From Spirochaetota bacterium (lineage in GTDB: Bacteria > Spirochaetota > B62-G9 > DRHN01): a stretch of DNA of 64,000 nucleotides. Below, in pieces: positions 29,108 to 39,038 of the stretch. The notes beneath the pieces are model-generated. The model had not been told where the DNA came from, did not search any database, and saw only the letters and a program-made list of their open reading frames with translations. Position 1 is the first letter of the stretch. Every line of letters starts with the position of its first letter. Both the position numbers and the translations under genes were made by a program. Location: assembly GCA_016934265.1 (NCBI GenBank), contig JAFGTF010000041.1, forward strand, positions 8,820 through 72,819, written 5' to 3'.

Positions 29108-30056
29108 CTGGCTTAATCATGTGGGCATCTTCTCCCTGCTCGCGGATGATGAAATCTCCCTCATTCGAAAGCATTTCAAGCTCATCGATATTCCGGCGGG
29201 AGAGATTCTGTTCAGGGAGGGTGACGAGGGAAAGGAGCTCTTCATCGTAAAATCGGGTAAAGTGGCGATTACCATAGGGCTTTCCGACGGAAAACAGAGG
29301 GAGCTCAGGGAGTTTTCGAAGGGCGATTTTTTCGGCGAAATGTCGATATTCGAAAACGCTCCCAGGTCGGCAACGTGCGTCGCGAAAGAGAGAAGCGGCC
29401 TGTATTCTCTCCACGTAAATGACTTCTTCGAGATCATGGAACGCTCGCCCGAAACGTCGATAAAAATCATGTACCGGATGTCGAATGCCACCACGGAACG
29501 GTTTCAGCACACGAGCGAATTCCTCTCGGACCTCGTTCGATGGGGGGAGAAGGCGAGAAAGAGGGCGATAACCGACGAGCTTACCGGCGTCTACAACAGG
29601 CACTTCCTCGAGCATACTCTTGAGGATCTATTCAAATCTTCAAAAGACAAGAAAACGCCGTTCTGCCTCATCATGGTAGACCTCGACTTTTTCAGGGAAA
29701 TAAACAAGCAGTACGGCCATGAGACGGGAGACCGGGTGATCCTCGCCGTGGTCGAGGTTTTCAAGAAAAACCTGAAAGAGAAAGACATTATCGCCCGCTA
29801 CGGCGGGGACGAGTTCTGCGTCGTCATGCCGCAAACGGGCCCAAAAGAGGCGGAAAATACGTCATGGAAGATCTGTCGTGAGGTCGAAGGCCTTGACGTC
29901 TTGAAGGGCAAAGGCGGCTCGATGGAAAAAATTACGACGAGCCAGGGAATTGCATCATACCCGGAAAGCGCGCGCGACCTGAAGACCCTCAGGCAAAAGG
30001 CCGATCAGGCGCTCTACAGATCGAAGGAGGCGGGAAGAAACCGGGTGAGCGTATAA
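29082..30056 (+). CDS. cNMP-binding domain diguanylate cyclase
   Basis: GDFFGEM..PRSA cassette; DELTGVYNR, DLDFF, RYGGDEF and ADQALY.SK..GRN. Confidence 0.92.
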   Translation: MRKETPVDDWLNHVGIFSLLADDEISLIRKHFKLIDIPAGEILFREGDEGKELFIVKSGKVAITIGLSDGKQRELREFSKGDFFGEMSIFENAPRSATCVAKERSGLYSLHVNDFFEIMERSPETSIKIMYRMSNATTERFQHTSEFLSDLVRWGEKARKRAITDELTGVYNRHFLEHTLEDLFKSSKDKKTPFCLIMVDLDFFREINKQYGHETGDRVILAVVEVFKKNLKEKDIIARYGGDEFCVVMPQTGPKEAENTSWKICREVEGLDVLKGKGGSMEKITTSQGIASYPESARDLKTLRQKADQALYRSKEAGRNRVSV

Positions 30057-30060
30057 ACAA

Positions 30061-30505
30061 TCATTCCGCCCCGAGTAATTCCAGATCGGCGATATCTTGC
30101 CTTCTTCCGGCGGCTTTCTTGTTCGATATGAACTGGTCCCGTCCGATATAGTAAACTTCTATATCACCATAACGGCATTTTACTTTTACCAAAGAAGCAT
30201 CCTGCCATGATACTCCCGTTATAGAGGTAATAATATCGATCCTGACCGGGGAACACCGAGCTGTATGATTTTTTCCTGGTGCATAAAATCCTCGGTCCTT
30301 AATCCGACCGACCGAAACCGAACTCCTCCAGCGCCTCCATAACGCACTCTGCATTACTATTTTCGGGATTGATGTAGATATCCATAACGCCGGTATAGCG
30401 CGGCGCTTCATGGAATGCCAATGCATACCCTCCGATGATCATATATTCAACGTGGTGTTCGTTGAATAACTCGAGCAGTTCTTTGAAGTCTTGCTGTGCT
30501 TCCAT
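30061..30505 (-). pseudogene. Frameshifted nucleotidyltransferase (MNT/DUF6036-like)
   Basis: MEAQQDF..VEYMIIGGYAL..PRYT..DI, then SVGLRTEDF..IIQLGVP, then VRIDII..NKKAAGRRQDIADLE, read in three frames (two apparent 1-nt deletions near 30310 and 30250). Confidence 0.75.
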
Positions 30506-30635
30506 GCCGCTGCCTTCTGAGGTAGTCAACAGCCTCGATGCGTTCTTTCGAGGATTTCGACAGCCAGTACGCCAGATCATCCGTATCGGATGAAGTGTCC
30601 TTCAAGCTGCGTGTCTTAACTTTTTTTTGTATCAA
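30447..30635 (-). CDS. Small protein, partner of the nucleotidyltransferase
   Basis: DDLAYWLSKS..ERIEAVDYLR..ARLQR motif. Overlaps the NTase start. Confidence 0.6.
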   Translation of the reverse strand: MIQKKVKTRSLKDTSSDTDDLAYWLSKSSKERIEAVDYLRRQRHGSTARLQRTARVIQRTPR

Positions 30636-30817
30636 ATCAATCGCCTTCTAAACTCTTATTTATACCCAGTATCAGTATTTGAAGATATTACAGCATACAC
30701 TCCATTATATTATAAATATCAATACGTCGATAAGTACAGAAAAACAACTGCTATTTATCCGGAACGCGCTTCGAATAATAGGTGTCGTTGCAGGGCTAGT
30801 ATGCGTTGGGAGGAAAT

Positions 30818-30846
30818 AAAAAAAGGGGGAGGTTCCCCTCCCCCTT
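30818..30846 (-). terminator. Rho-independent terminator after the FN3-repeat lipoprotein gene
   Basis: AAGGGGGAGG-TTCC-CCTCCCCCTT stem with a U-tract on the minus strand. Confidence 0.75.
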
Positions 30847-30872
30847 GTTATCGCTCATTCGAAGCGGTTAAT

Positions 30873-33833
30873 TTACTCGTATTCCACCCAAATGTCGTCG
30901 AACCCGCCTACCAGGGTGGACGTGCCGATCGGCGCCACTAAGAGCCGCACGCGGATGCTGTCCACCACTACCTTGCCTTCCAGTATCGCCTCCATCAGCT
31001 CCTGCGCACCCGCATCCGGACTCGTGTTGGTGATAAGATTATTCAGGGTGTGTTGCGCGGGAGAGTGCCACACGTCCCCATCCTTTGCGTTATTCCGCTC
31101 GTTATAGTACCATATATCGGTTTGTTTATTATACAACCACCCCTCGCCCCAGCCGAACGCCTCCATCGGCGATCCCTCGGTATAGTCGACAAACACCCGG
31201 TACACGAGCCTGGTTACTCCCCCCTCCAGCCACTCGAACTGGATTCCGGTCGCCCCGTATCCGTCGCGGGATATCTCCTTGAAGTAGCCGTCTATGCTCA
31301 CCTGATCCGCAACTTTTACGACCTGCTCGTAGTACCCACCGAAGGGGATTTCCGAGCCTGAGGCCGTGACCGCCACGAGGAGCCCGTAGTCGTCTCCGTG
31401 CACCGCGTCCGTATAGGTTATACTCTTGCACGCGGCATATTTCTCCTCATGAAGGTACCGGTACCAATACGTGTCGAGCGCGTAATCCTTCTCCAAAATC
31501 GTTACGGGCTTGATCGGCCTGTCCCCGTTCTGCGGGAAGTTCGTCTCTATAAGCTTGGGATTGTAGATGATGTGCTTCTCCGCGAAGCTCTCCTCTTTCT
31601 CGAACCCGCCGTTCATGAGAAGATTGTCATCCAATGTAGAGGAGTCCTTTGTGAAGTAGGACGGCTCGGACGGCTTGCTGTAGTAGGTCCCGTTGTAGGA
31701 GTAGACCCGCCACCAGTACACGCCGTCCTTAAGCGGTATCGTTTCCCTCTCGAGCTGTTCCTCGGTGCAGGTGCTTACTGAGGTTATCTCGCCCTTTGCC
31801 ACGAGCTTCTCGAAATACTTGTCGACCGCCACCTCGACCGCATAAGACTCCATGCCCATATCGTCCCATACGAATGAAACAGGGTTTCCTGCGACCGCAC
31901 CGTTGATCGGGCTCATGAGCTTCGGCGGGTCGGGGTAGGTCACAGTCTTGATGGAGAACTTGCTCGTCGAGTAAGAGCTCGAGCCGCCCGCGTTGTTCGC
32001 GCACACCCGCCAGTAGTAGGTGCCCTCCTCCTTGAATAGCACCTCGTTAAGATAAGACGTCGCTACCGTTTTCGCGAGCAGGATGACGGAGAAGGTCGAG
32101 TAACGGGACGCCTGAAGCGTATAGCTCGTCGCATCCGGATCTATAGAATCGCTCCAGTCGAAATTAACGGTCAGGCTGCCCAGTATCGCGCCGCCTGAAG
32201 GCGATATAAGCGTCGGTGGTTTCGGAACCGGCTGGGTCGCATCGATCTTGAACTTCGCGATCTCCGACCACTTCCCCCAGGTACCGGCGCCGTCCTTCGC
32301 CATCACCCGCCAGTAGTAGGTGCCGTTCGACAAACCAGGAACCTCCGGCGGCGTATAGGCGTTCGTTCCGACCTCCGCCTTGATGACGGGTGAGGCGAAC
32401 GACTCGTCTCCCGCCACCTGGATAAGGTACCCGGCCGCCCCCCCGACAGACGACCACGAGAACTTCGGCGTCTTTGTGGTCACCACCTCCCCGACCGGCG
32501 CGTAGAGGGTCGGGCTGCCGATGTACCCCACGGAGAATGTGAACACCTTGGACCAGGGGCTTTTGAGGGTATCATTGAATGCAAATACCTTCCAGAAGTA
32601 CTCGGCGTACTTTTCGAACTTCATTGCAAAGGCGGGGCTCTTCGTCTTGGTCTCCTCGATCACCCTCAGAAAGAGCGGATCCGCTGCGATCACGATCGCG
32701 TACCCCGTCGCGCCGGTCACCTCACTCCAGAGAAACTCGATCTCCCCAGGTACGAACTTCTGCCCGTACTCCGGCGCTATCGGCTTTGGAGGATCGAGTG
32801 AACCGGCCGTGTACTCCACTGCGAACACGTAGTACTTCGACCACTCGCCCCACTCGCCGTTGAACGCCTGCGCCCGGACCATCCAGAGGTATTTCCCGTT
32901 CGGGAACGTTACTTCCGACTCGTAGGTCGTATCCTTTGTCCTGTCCTTTATTATGAGGTTCTGGAACTTCTCGTCCGACGCGACCCATATCTCGTAGGCC
33001 TCCGCCCCGGTCACCTTCGACCATGTAAACGAGGGCTTGTTTGTCGTGAGCGTCTCCCCGTATTTCGGGGAGTAGAGCCTGGGAACGCCGATCTGCGTCG
33101 CAACCGCGAACGTGTAGGTGGTGGACCAGTCGCTCCAGTTCAAACCGTCCGATGCGGCGACCCGCCAGTAATACTTGCCGTCCGAGAGCGAGGACGACTC
33201 GTACGTCGTTTCGTCATAAGGCAAAACTTCATCCTCGAGGAACGATGCGAACGTGCTCGACGCGGACAGCTGCACGTGATACGCGACCGCGCCCTCAACC
33301 CCTTTCCAGGAGAAGGTCACCGCCCCCGGCAGAAGCTCGTCCCCCATGCCCGGAGCGATGAGCTCGGGCGGTGAAACGGCGGTGTCGCTGTAATTAATAT
33401 TCACCCGTCGCACAGCGGACCAGTTGCTGTACAGGGTGCTCGCCCCCTGCGCCCTCACCCGCCAATAGTAGGAGCTGGCGCTGCTGACTCCGGTGACAAG
33501 GGAGGTGGACGACATGGTGAGCGTCGTCGCCGGCTCCGAATACACCGTCGATGAAAAAGCATCGGAAGTCGACACCTGTATCTCGTAGTTGATCGCGTTG
33601 TTCGATTTCTCCCACGTGAAGGTCACGTCCCGGGACACGGCGCCGGTGTACAGGTCGTCCCCGTCTCCGGGTGCGAGAGGGACGGGCGTTCCCGGCTTTA
33701 TGTTCGCGTCGAAGAATCCGACGGCTTCTTCTATGAGCTCTCGTATCGCCCCCGCGCTGCAGGACATGAGTAGTATTCCTATGCTGATGAGAGCAGTGAG
33801 TGAGAGGGCTGAAACAAATACTTTCCGGCGCAT
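30873..33833 (-). CDS. Surface lipoprotein with seven FN3/Ig-like repeats and a C-terminal CBM-like domain
   Basis: Lipobox LLMSC. Seven ~95-aa units P.L.(S/A)P..G..F.W..Y...YYWRV.A..WS, followed by NLLMNGGFE. Confidence 0.8.
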   Translation of the reverse strand: MRRKVFVSALSLTALISIGILLMSCSAGAIRELIEEAVGFFDANIKPGTPVPLAPGDGDDLYTGAVSRDVTFTWEKSNNAINYEIQVSTSDAFSSTVYSEPATTLTMSSTSLVTGVSSASSYYWRVRAQGASTLYSNWSAVRRVNINYSDTAVSPPELIAPGMGDELLPGAVTFSWKGVEGAVAYHVQLSASSTFASFLEDEVLPYDETTYESSSLSDGKYYWRVAASDGLNWSDWSTTYTFAVATQIGVPRLYSPKYGETLTTNKPSFTWSKVTGAEAYEIWVASDEKFQNLIIKDRTKDTTYESEVTFPNGKYLWMVRAQAFNGEWGEWSKYYVFAVEYTAGSLDPPKPIAPEYGQKFVPGEIEFLWSEVTGATGYAIVIAADPLFLRVIEETKTKSPAFAMKFEKYAEYFWKVFAFNDTLKSPWSKVFTFSVGYIGSPTLYAPVGEVVTTKTPKFSWSSVGGAAGYLIQVAGDESFASPVIKAEVGTNAYTPPEVPGLSNGTYYWRVMAKDGAGTWGKWSEIAKFKIDATQPVPKPPTLISPSGGAILGSLTVNFDWSDSIDPDATSYTLQASRYSTFSVILLAKTVATSYLNEVLFKEEGTYYWRVCANNAGGSSSYSTSKFSIKTVTYPDPPKLMSPINGAVAGNPVSFVWDDMGMESYAVEVAVDKYFEKLVAKGEITSVSTCTEEQLERETIPLKDGVYWWRVYSYNGTYYSKPSEPSYFTKDSSTLDDNLLMNGGFEKEESFAEKHIIYNPKLIETNFPQNGDRPIKPVTILEKDYALDTYWYRYLHEEKYAACKSITYTDAVHGDDYGLLVAVTASGSEIPFGGYYEQVVKVADQVSIDGYFKEISRDGYGATGIQFEWLEGGVTRLVYRVFVDYTEGSPMEAFGWGEGWLYNKQTDIWYYNERNNAKDGDVWHSPAQHTLNNLITNTSPDAGAQELMEAILEGKVVVDSIRVRLLVAPIGTSTLVGGFDDIWVEYE

Positions 33834-33994
33834 GGTACTGCTCCTTCTGGTATAAGGTAGTAAAACGGTATGCTAATAACGTATGTCTTCTCTATCATTA
33901 ATTTACCACACCACGGGAATAATTCAATATCAAACACGAATAATTTCCCGTTTTTTATTTAACAATGCAACGCCGGGCCTCGCCAAAATAACGT

Positions 33995-34023
33995 TTGACT
34001 GTCATGTGCCGATAAATTATTAT
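33995..34023 (+). promoter_or_regulatory. Putative sigma70 promoter of ileS
   Basis: TTGACT-17 bp-TATTAT. Confidence 0.55.
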
Positions 34024-34057
34024 TCGCTAAACTCTTATCAAAGTCAGGTGGCCGCGG

Positions 34058-36850
34058 ATGTCCTATGACGATACTCTCTTTCTCCCGAAAACGGGCTTTC
34101 CCATGCGGGCGGGACTCACGAAGAAAGAGCCCGTTATTCTCGAGAAATGGGAGAAGGAGAAGATATACGAAAAGATACTGAAGAAACGCAAGGACGGCGA
34201 GGTGTTCATTCTCCACGACGGGCCGCCATATGCGAACGGCAAGATACATATCGGCACCGCGTACAACAAGGTGCTGAAGGACTTCATTGTGAAGTTCAAG
34301 GCGATGACCGGTCACTTCTCTCCATACGTTCCCGGGTGGGACACCCACGGGCTGCCGATCGAGACCGAGGTGATCAAGACACAAAAGCTGAACCGAGACC
34401 AGCTTTCGCCGATTGAATTCCGGAATAAGTGCAAGGAGTTCACCTCCCGCTATATAAAAACGATGACCGCGCAGTTCAAAAGGCTAGGGGTGCTCGGCGC
34501 ATGGGACGACCCCTACATCACCTTCCTCCCGGCGTATGAGGCCAAGCAGATCGAGATCTTCGGCGAGATGGCGAAAAAGCGCTATATCTACAAGGGGCTG
34601 AAACCGGTATACTGGTGCACCTCCTGTGTAACCGCGCTTGCGGACGCGGAGGTCGAATATCAAGACCACACTTCGCCTTCCATCTACGTCCGCTTCCGGG
34701 TGAAGGACGGGTTTGCTCGCTACGACGAGATGAAGGACGCCGGCGTCGTCATATGGACGACCACCCCGTGGACGATCCCGGGCAACACCGGCTGCGCGCT
34801 GCATCCCGATTTCAGCTACACGCTGTTCGAAAGCGGGGACGAACGCTACCTAGTCGCCACGGAGCTTTTAAAGGATTTCTCCGCCCGTACGGGCATAACG
34901 GTCGACAAAACGGTGGCCGTCTACAAGGGGACGGACCTCGAGGGGGTCGTGCTTCGGCACCCGTGGATCGATCGCGATTCGCCCGTGGTGTTCGCCGACT
35001 ACGTGACGCTCGAAACCGGCACCGGCATCGTCCATACCGCGCCGGGCCACGGTCTCGAGGACTACGAAACGGGGGTGAAGTTCGGTCTCGACGTCGTGTC
35101 CCCCCTCGACAACCTCGGCCGGTTCACCGCCGAGGTGCCGAAGTTCGAAGGCCTTTTCTGTCACGATGCGAACCGTGATATCATCGGGTACCTCGACGAA
35201 ATCGGCGCACTGCTCGGCACGGGCGAGCTCACGCACAGCTATCCGCACTGCTGGCGCTGCAAGAACCCCGTCATCTTCAGGGCGACGGAGCAGTGGTTTA
35301 CCTCGATAGACGGTTTCAGGGAAGACGCGATCCGTTCCATCGACGAAGTGTCATGGTACCCCTCCTCGAGCATCAACCGTATCAAGTCGATGGTGGAAAA
35401 CCGTTCCGACTGGTGCATCTCGCGCCAGCGTATCTGGGGCGTCCCGCTTCCCATCTTCTACTGCTCCGAATGCGGAAAAGAGATCATCAACGATGAAACG
35501 CTTGCAGTCGTCGAAGCGCTCTTTTCAAAAGAGGGCTCCGACAGCTGGTGGAAAAAAAGTGCAGAGGAGATCCTGCCTGACGGGTTCTTGTGCCCGCACT
35601 GCGAGGGATCCCGCTTCACGAAGGAAAAGGATATCATGGACGTATGGTTCGATTCCGGGACTTCGCACGCCGCGGTGCTCGAAACCAGGCCTGGTCTTAG
35701 GTGGCCCGCGGACCTGTACCTCGAAGGCTCCGACCAGCACCGCGGGTGGTTCCAGTCTTCCCTCCTCACCGCCGTTTCCGCCCGCGGGAGAGCCCCCTAT
35801 CGAAACGTGCTCACCCACGGGTTCACCGTGGACGGCGAGGGCAAGAAGATGAGCAAGTCGCTCGGCAACACGGTCGACCCGGAGGAGGTGATCAATAAGT
35901 ACGGCGCCGACATACTCAGGCTGTGGGTCGTCTCCTCCGACTACTCCGTGGACGTCAGGGTCTCTCCGGAGATCCTCGTCCAGCTCGTCGACGCCTACCG
36001 CAAGATCAGGAACACGATACGTTTCATGCTCGGCAACCTCGCAGGCTTCGACCCGAAAAGGGATACCGTGGAGCCCGAAAAGATGGAGCCGATCGACCGC
36101 TGGCTCCTTCAAAGGTTGCAGGAGTTCAAAAAAAAGGTGCGCGGCGCTTACGACTCATGGCAGTTCCACACGATCGTGCAGGAGACCACGGGATTCTGCA
36201 ACATCGACCTCTCTTCGTTCTACCTCGATATTACGAAAGACAGGCTCTACTGCTCCGGCCCGACAAAAAAGAGGAGGTCTGCGCAGACCGCCGTCCATAT
36301 GGTGCTCTCCGTGCTCCTCCGGTTTCTCGCTCCGATCCTTTCGTTTACCTCGGAAGAAGCGTACACCGCGCTGAAGGACGAGGTCTACATCCCGGCCGGT
36401 GTTACCGCCGAACAGAGCATCCACCTCGAAGATTTCCCCGTATCCGACGAATCATGGGAGGATCCTTCCCTCGCCTCTGTCTGGAAGACGCTCATCGAGG
36501 TACGGCGGGACGTGCTCAAACCGATCGAGGCTCTCAGGGAGCAAAAGATCATAGGACACTCGCTGGAATCCACGGTCGCCGTCTACGCGGACGGCGACAC
36601 CCATGCCGTGCTGTCGAGAAACATAAAAGAGCTCGCCCCCCTCTTCGTCGTCTCCGAGGTCTCTCTGTACGAGAAAAACCGGGTTCCGGAAGGCGCGTTC
36701 AAAGGAGAGGTCGTCGACGTCGCGGTAGAAAGAGCGGCGCACAAGAAGTGCAGCCGCTGCTGGCGGTACCTGGAGAGCGTCGGGAAAGACCCGCAACATC
36801 CCGAGCTCTGTAAAAGATGCAGCGGCGTCGTCTCCGAATATTACAAATAG
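34058..36850 (+). CDS. ileS: Isoleucine--tRNA ligase (type 1)
   Basis: HDGPPYANG, HIGT, WTTTPWT, GTGIVH, WCISRQR, EGSDQHRGWF, KMSKS and C-terminal Zn finger. Confidence 0.98.
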   Translation: MSYDDTLFLPKTGFPMRAGLTKKEPVILEKWEKEKIYEKILKKRKDGEVFILHDGPPYANGKIHIGTAYNKVLKDFIVKFKAMTGHFSPYVPGWDTHGLPIETEVIKTQKLNRDQLSPIEFRNKCKEFTSRYIKTMTAQFKRLGVLGAWDDPYITFLPAYEAKQIEIFGEMAKKRYIYKGLKPVYWCTSCVTALADAEVEYQDHTSPSIYVRFRVKDGFARYDEMKDAGVVIWTTTPWTIPGNTGCALHPDFSYTLFESGDERYLVATELLKDFSARTGITVDKTVAVYKGTDLEGVVLRHPWIDRDSPVVFADYVTLETGTGIVHTAPGHGLEDYETGVKFGLDVVSPLDNLGRFTAEVPKFEGLFCHDANRDIIGYLDEIGALLGTGELTHSYPHCWRCKNPVIFRATEQWFTSIDGFREDAIRSIDEVSWYPSSSINRIKSMVENRSDWCISRQRIWGVPLPIFYCSECGKEIINDETLAVVEALFSKEGSDSWWKKSAEEILPDGFLCPHCEGSRFTKEKDIMDVWFDSGTSHAAVLETRPGLRWPADLYLEGSDQHRGWFQSSLLTAVSARGRAPYRNVLTHGFTVDGEGKKMSKSLGNTVDPEEVINKYGADILRLWVVSSDYSVDVRVSPEILVQLVDAYRKIRNTIRFMLGNLAGFDPKRDTVEPEKMEPIDRWLLQRLQEFKKKVRGAYDSWQFHTIVQETTGFCNIDLSSFYLDITKDRLYCSGPTKKRRSAQTAVHMVLSVLLRFLAPILSFTSEEAYTALKDEVYIPAGVTAEQSIHLEDFPVSDESWEDPSLASVWKTLIEVRRDVLKPIEALREQKIIGHSLESTVAVYADGDTHAVLSRNIKELAPLFVVSEVSLYEKNRVPEGAFKGEVVDVAVERAAHKKCSRCWRYLESVGKDPQHPELCKRCSGVVSEYYK

Positions 36851-37124
36851 CGGTACTTAGTGCAGCGCTTCTTCACCCCCCATTCTACGGAATACAAAAT
36901 TTACATTTCCCGTAAACCCTACGGGCGGTCCGCTGCCACGAAAACCTTGTCACCGTTTGCAGCAACCGCTCGGATTTTTTCGTAAATTCGAAAATCTTCA
37001 CGGATTTACAAATATTCCGACTGTTTTTCACAGATGGGGTGTTATCAATTTTTAGTGAGTAATTGACCATACGCTGCGTTCTTTGAACGCTGCAGTTCTT
37101 GGTAATTATCCATATATAATATTT

Positions 37125-37309
37125 TATTGAATACTGTTATTACGGCAATAGCACTTTAAAATTCGTTGTATAAAACAGATTGAGGTTTTCTAGTATAAAT
37201 ACAGAAATGGGACAAAAAGAAAGCAAACTAAAGAGCTTTTACCCTTTGTCCTATTACTAATTCGCGTGATTGATAATCATATATCAGCAACGAAATTGGA
37301 GAAGATCCT
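37125..37309. mobile_element. MITE-like dispersed repeat, family A, copy 2
   Basis: Direct-orientation similarity to 3065-3249, with identical 29-nt right end. Confidence 0.55.
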
Positions 37310-37441
37310 AATTTAGAAATATTCATCCCTCTATATATCAGCGACCGGCAATCTATTCGCAAAGAGCCGATTACCGTATCGTTGCCGGCGAAAACCCTTC
37401 GGATCTTTAAAACCGGGCAATCCGAATGCCCCCAGAGAAGG

Positions 37442-39004
37442 TCACCATCGTCGTACAGCCCTGCCCGCGGCGGCGTCCCCCCGCTCAATAGTTTCACGTC
37501 TCCAAAAGAGCAGATAAAAAAGAAGGGTGATCGCGACCCAGTAGATGGGGATGACCGCCCGGGGAAATCCGTCCACGGCGATGGGCGGGGCGGCCGCGAA
37601 GAAAGACGCGATCCTCAATATAAGGGTGACGACGACGAGATTGCTCTCCGCGGCAAGCACGGCGAGCGGCATGAATACCGGATAGAGAAGCAGGTAGCAG
37701 ATCTCGAGCGCGAGCGACAGCCCGGCGAGGGGTACAATCGGGACGTTCGCAAGGAGATTGACGTACGGAAAGCTGCCGAAAAAGGCGAGCAGTACCGGAA
37801 GAATATAGAGCTGAACGGAAAAAGAAACAAGAAGCAGCGATACGAGATGGTCGACCGCCTTGAATCGAAAGACCGCCGTCCGTGCAAGAAGTCTTCTCAG
37901 CGGGGGAACCAAGAACAGGATGCCGAAAGTTGCGGAAAATGAGAGCAGAAAACCGGGCCCGAAGATAACGAGCGGGTTCAGCACCCACAAAACGACGAAG
38001 GTGAGGGCGAGCACGTTTATATAGTCTTTGTCCCTGTCGAAGAAGAAGAGCGCAGTACCGCAGAGTACCATGAGGGAGGCACGCCTCACGGACGGCGAGT
38101 CGCCGATAAACAGCATGTAGAAGAAGGTGGCGCATCCCACCGCCGCATAGATCAGAACCGTCGGGAGCCTTACCGAACGAAGCAGCAGGAATATGAAGAA
38201 GCCGATGAATCCGACATGGAGGCCGGAAACGGCGAGGATGTGAAGGGTCCCGCTTCGTATGAAGCGCTCCATCACCTCGGGTGGTACTGTTTCCCTGTTT
38301 CCGGTTAGGAGCGCGGTCGCGAAATCGCTCTGCGGGAAGAACAGAAGCGCGCGGTTTACACCCGTGATATACCGTTTCAGCCTGTTCGAGACGCCGTAGA
38401 AACCGTGTTTTCGGGTTTCCCTCTCGATGGTGAGACCGGACGCATGACCCTCGAAGACCGCCTGGATTCCCCGGCTCTGCAGATACCGGGCGTATCCGTC
38501 CCACTCAGCCGGGTCGAGCAAAACGAACACCCCCTCCGTTTTCACGACCGCACCGCGTTCGAGACTTCCCCTCGGTACGTTTTTCGGTACACCGACATTG
38601 AACAGCACCCGGGCCGAAGCGGGATACGCCGTTTTGTCCGCCGCCACCACGCGCGCCGTGTACTGGAGCATACGCCCCCCGCGCTTCACACTCGAGTCCG
38701 AAACGAGCTTCAGCGTCACCCGAGTCCTCCCTTGAGGAAAGGGTACGGGCCGTATCCTCGATTCCGTATATAGAAAAGACAGTGCGAAGACGAGGACGAC
38801 AATCATGACGGTCCCGGGAGCCCGGCGTTTCGACAGAAGGAACACGGCCCCTGAGGCATACAAAAAGAGCACTCCACAGGCCGCAATGAGGTTCGTCGCA
38901 CACGTGAGTTCGAGCCTTGGCAAAAGGGCGCAGGCTGTGGCCGCGGGCAGCAGAAGCGCCGCCGTTTCGACAAGAGTGACCGGATGGAGATCTTTCACGG
39001 GCAT
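37442..39004 (-). CDS. comEC: ComEC/Rec2 family competence channel (no C-terminal MBL domain)
   Basis: ALLTG, G.LHILAVSGLHVG, SPSVRRA, GFLLSFSA and NLLANVP motifs. Start uncertain. Confidence 0.9.
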   Translation of the reverse strand: MPVKDLHPVTLVETAALLLPAATACALLPRLELTCATNLIAACGVLFLYASGAVFLLSKRRAPGTVMIVVLVFALSFLYTESRIRPVPFPQGRTRVTLKLVSDSSVKRGGRMLQYTARVVAADKTAYPASARVLFNVGVPKNVPRGSLERGAVVKTEGVFVLLDPAEWDGYARYLQSRGIQAVFEGHASGLTIERETRKHGFYGVSNRLKRYITGVNRALLFFPQSDFATALLTGNRETVPPEVMERFIRSGTLHILAVSGLHVGFIGFFIFLLLRSVRLPTVLIYAAVGCATFFYMLFIGDSPSVRRASLMVLCGTALFFFDRDKDYINVLALTFVVLWVLNPLVIFGPGFLLSFSATFGILFLVPPLRRLLARTAVFRFKAVDHLVSLLLVSFSVQLYILPVLLAFFGSFPYVNLLANVPIVPLAGLSLALEICYLLLYPVFMPLAVLAAESNLVVVTLILRIASFFAAAPPIAVDGFPRAVIPIYWVAITLLFYLLFWRRETIERGDAAAGRAVRRW

Positions 39005-39038
39005 TTCCCGTTTCAAGCCTCGGGAGGGCCGGTTGCCG

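Noticed and set aside
34058-36850. HIGT instead of HIGH in IleRS as a possible mupirocin-resistance sign; possible T-box leader
   Set aside because: The enzyme is otherwise a normal type 1 IleRS and such variants occur. The predicted leader is too short for a T-box.
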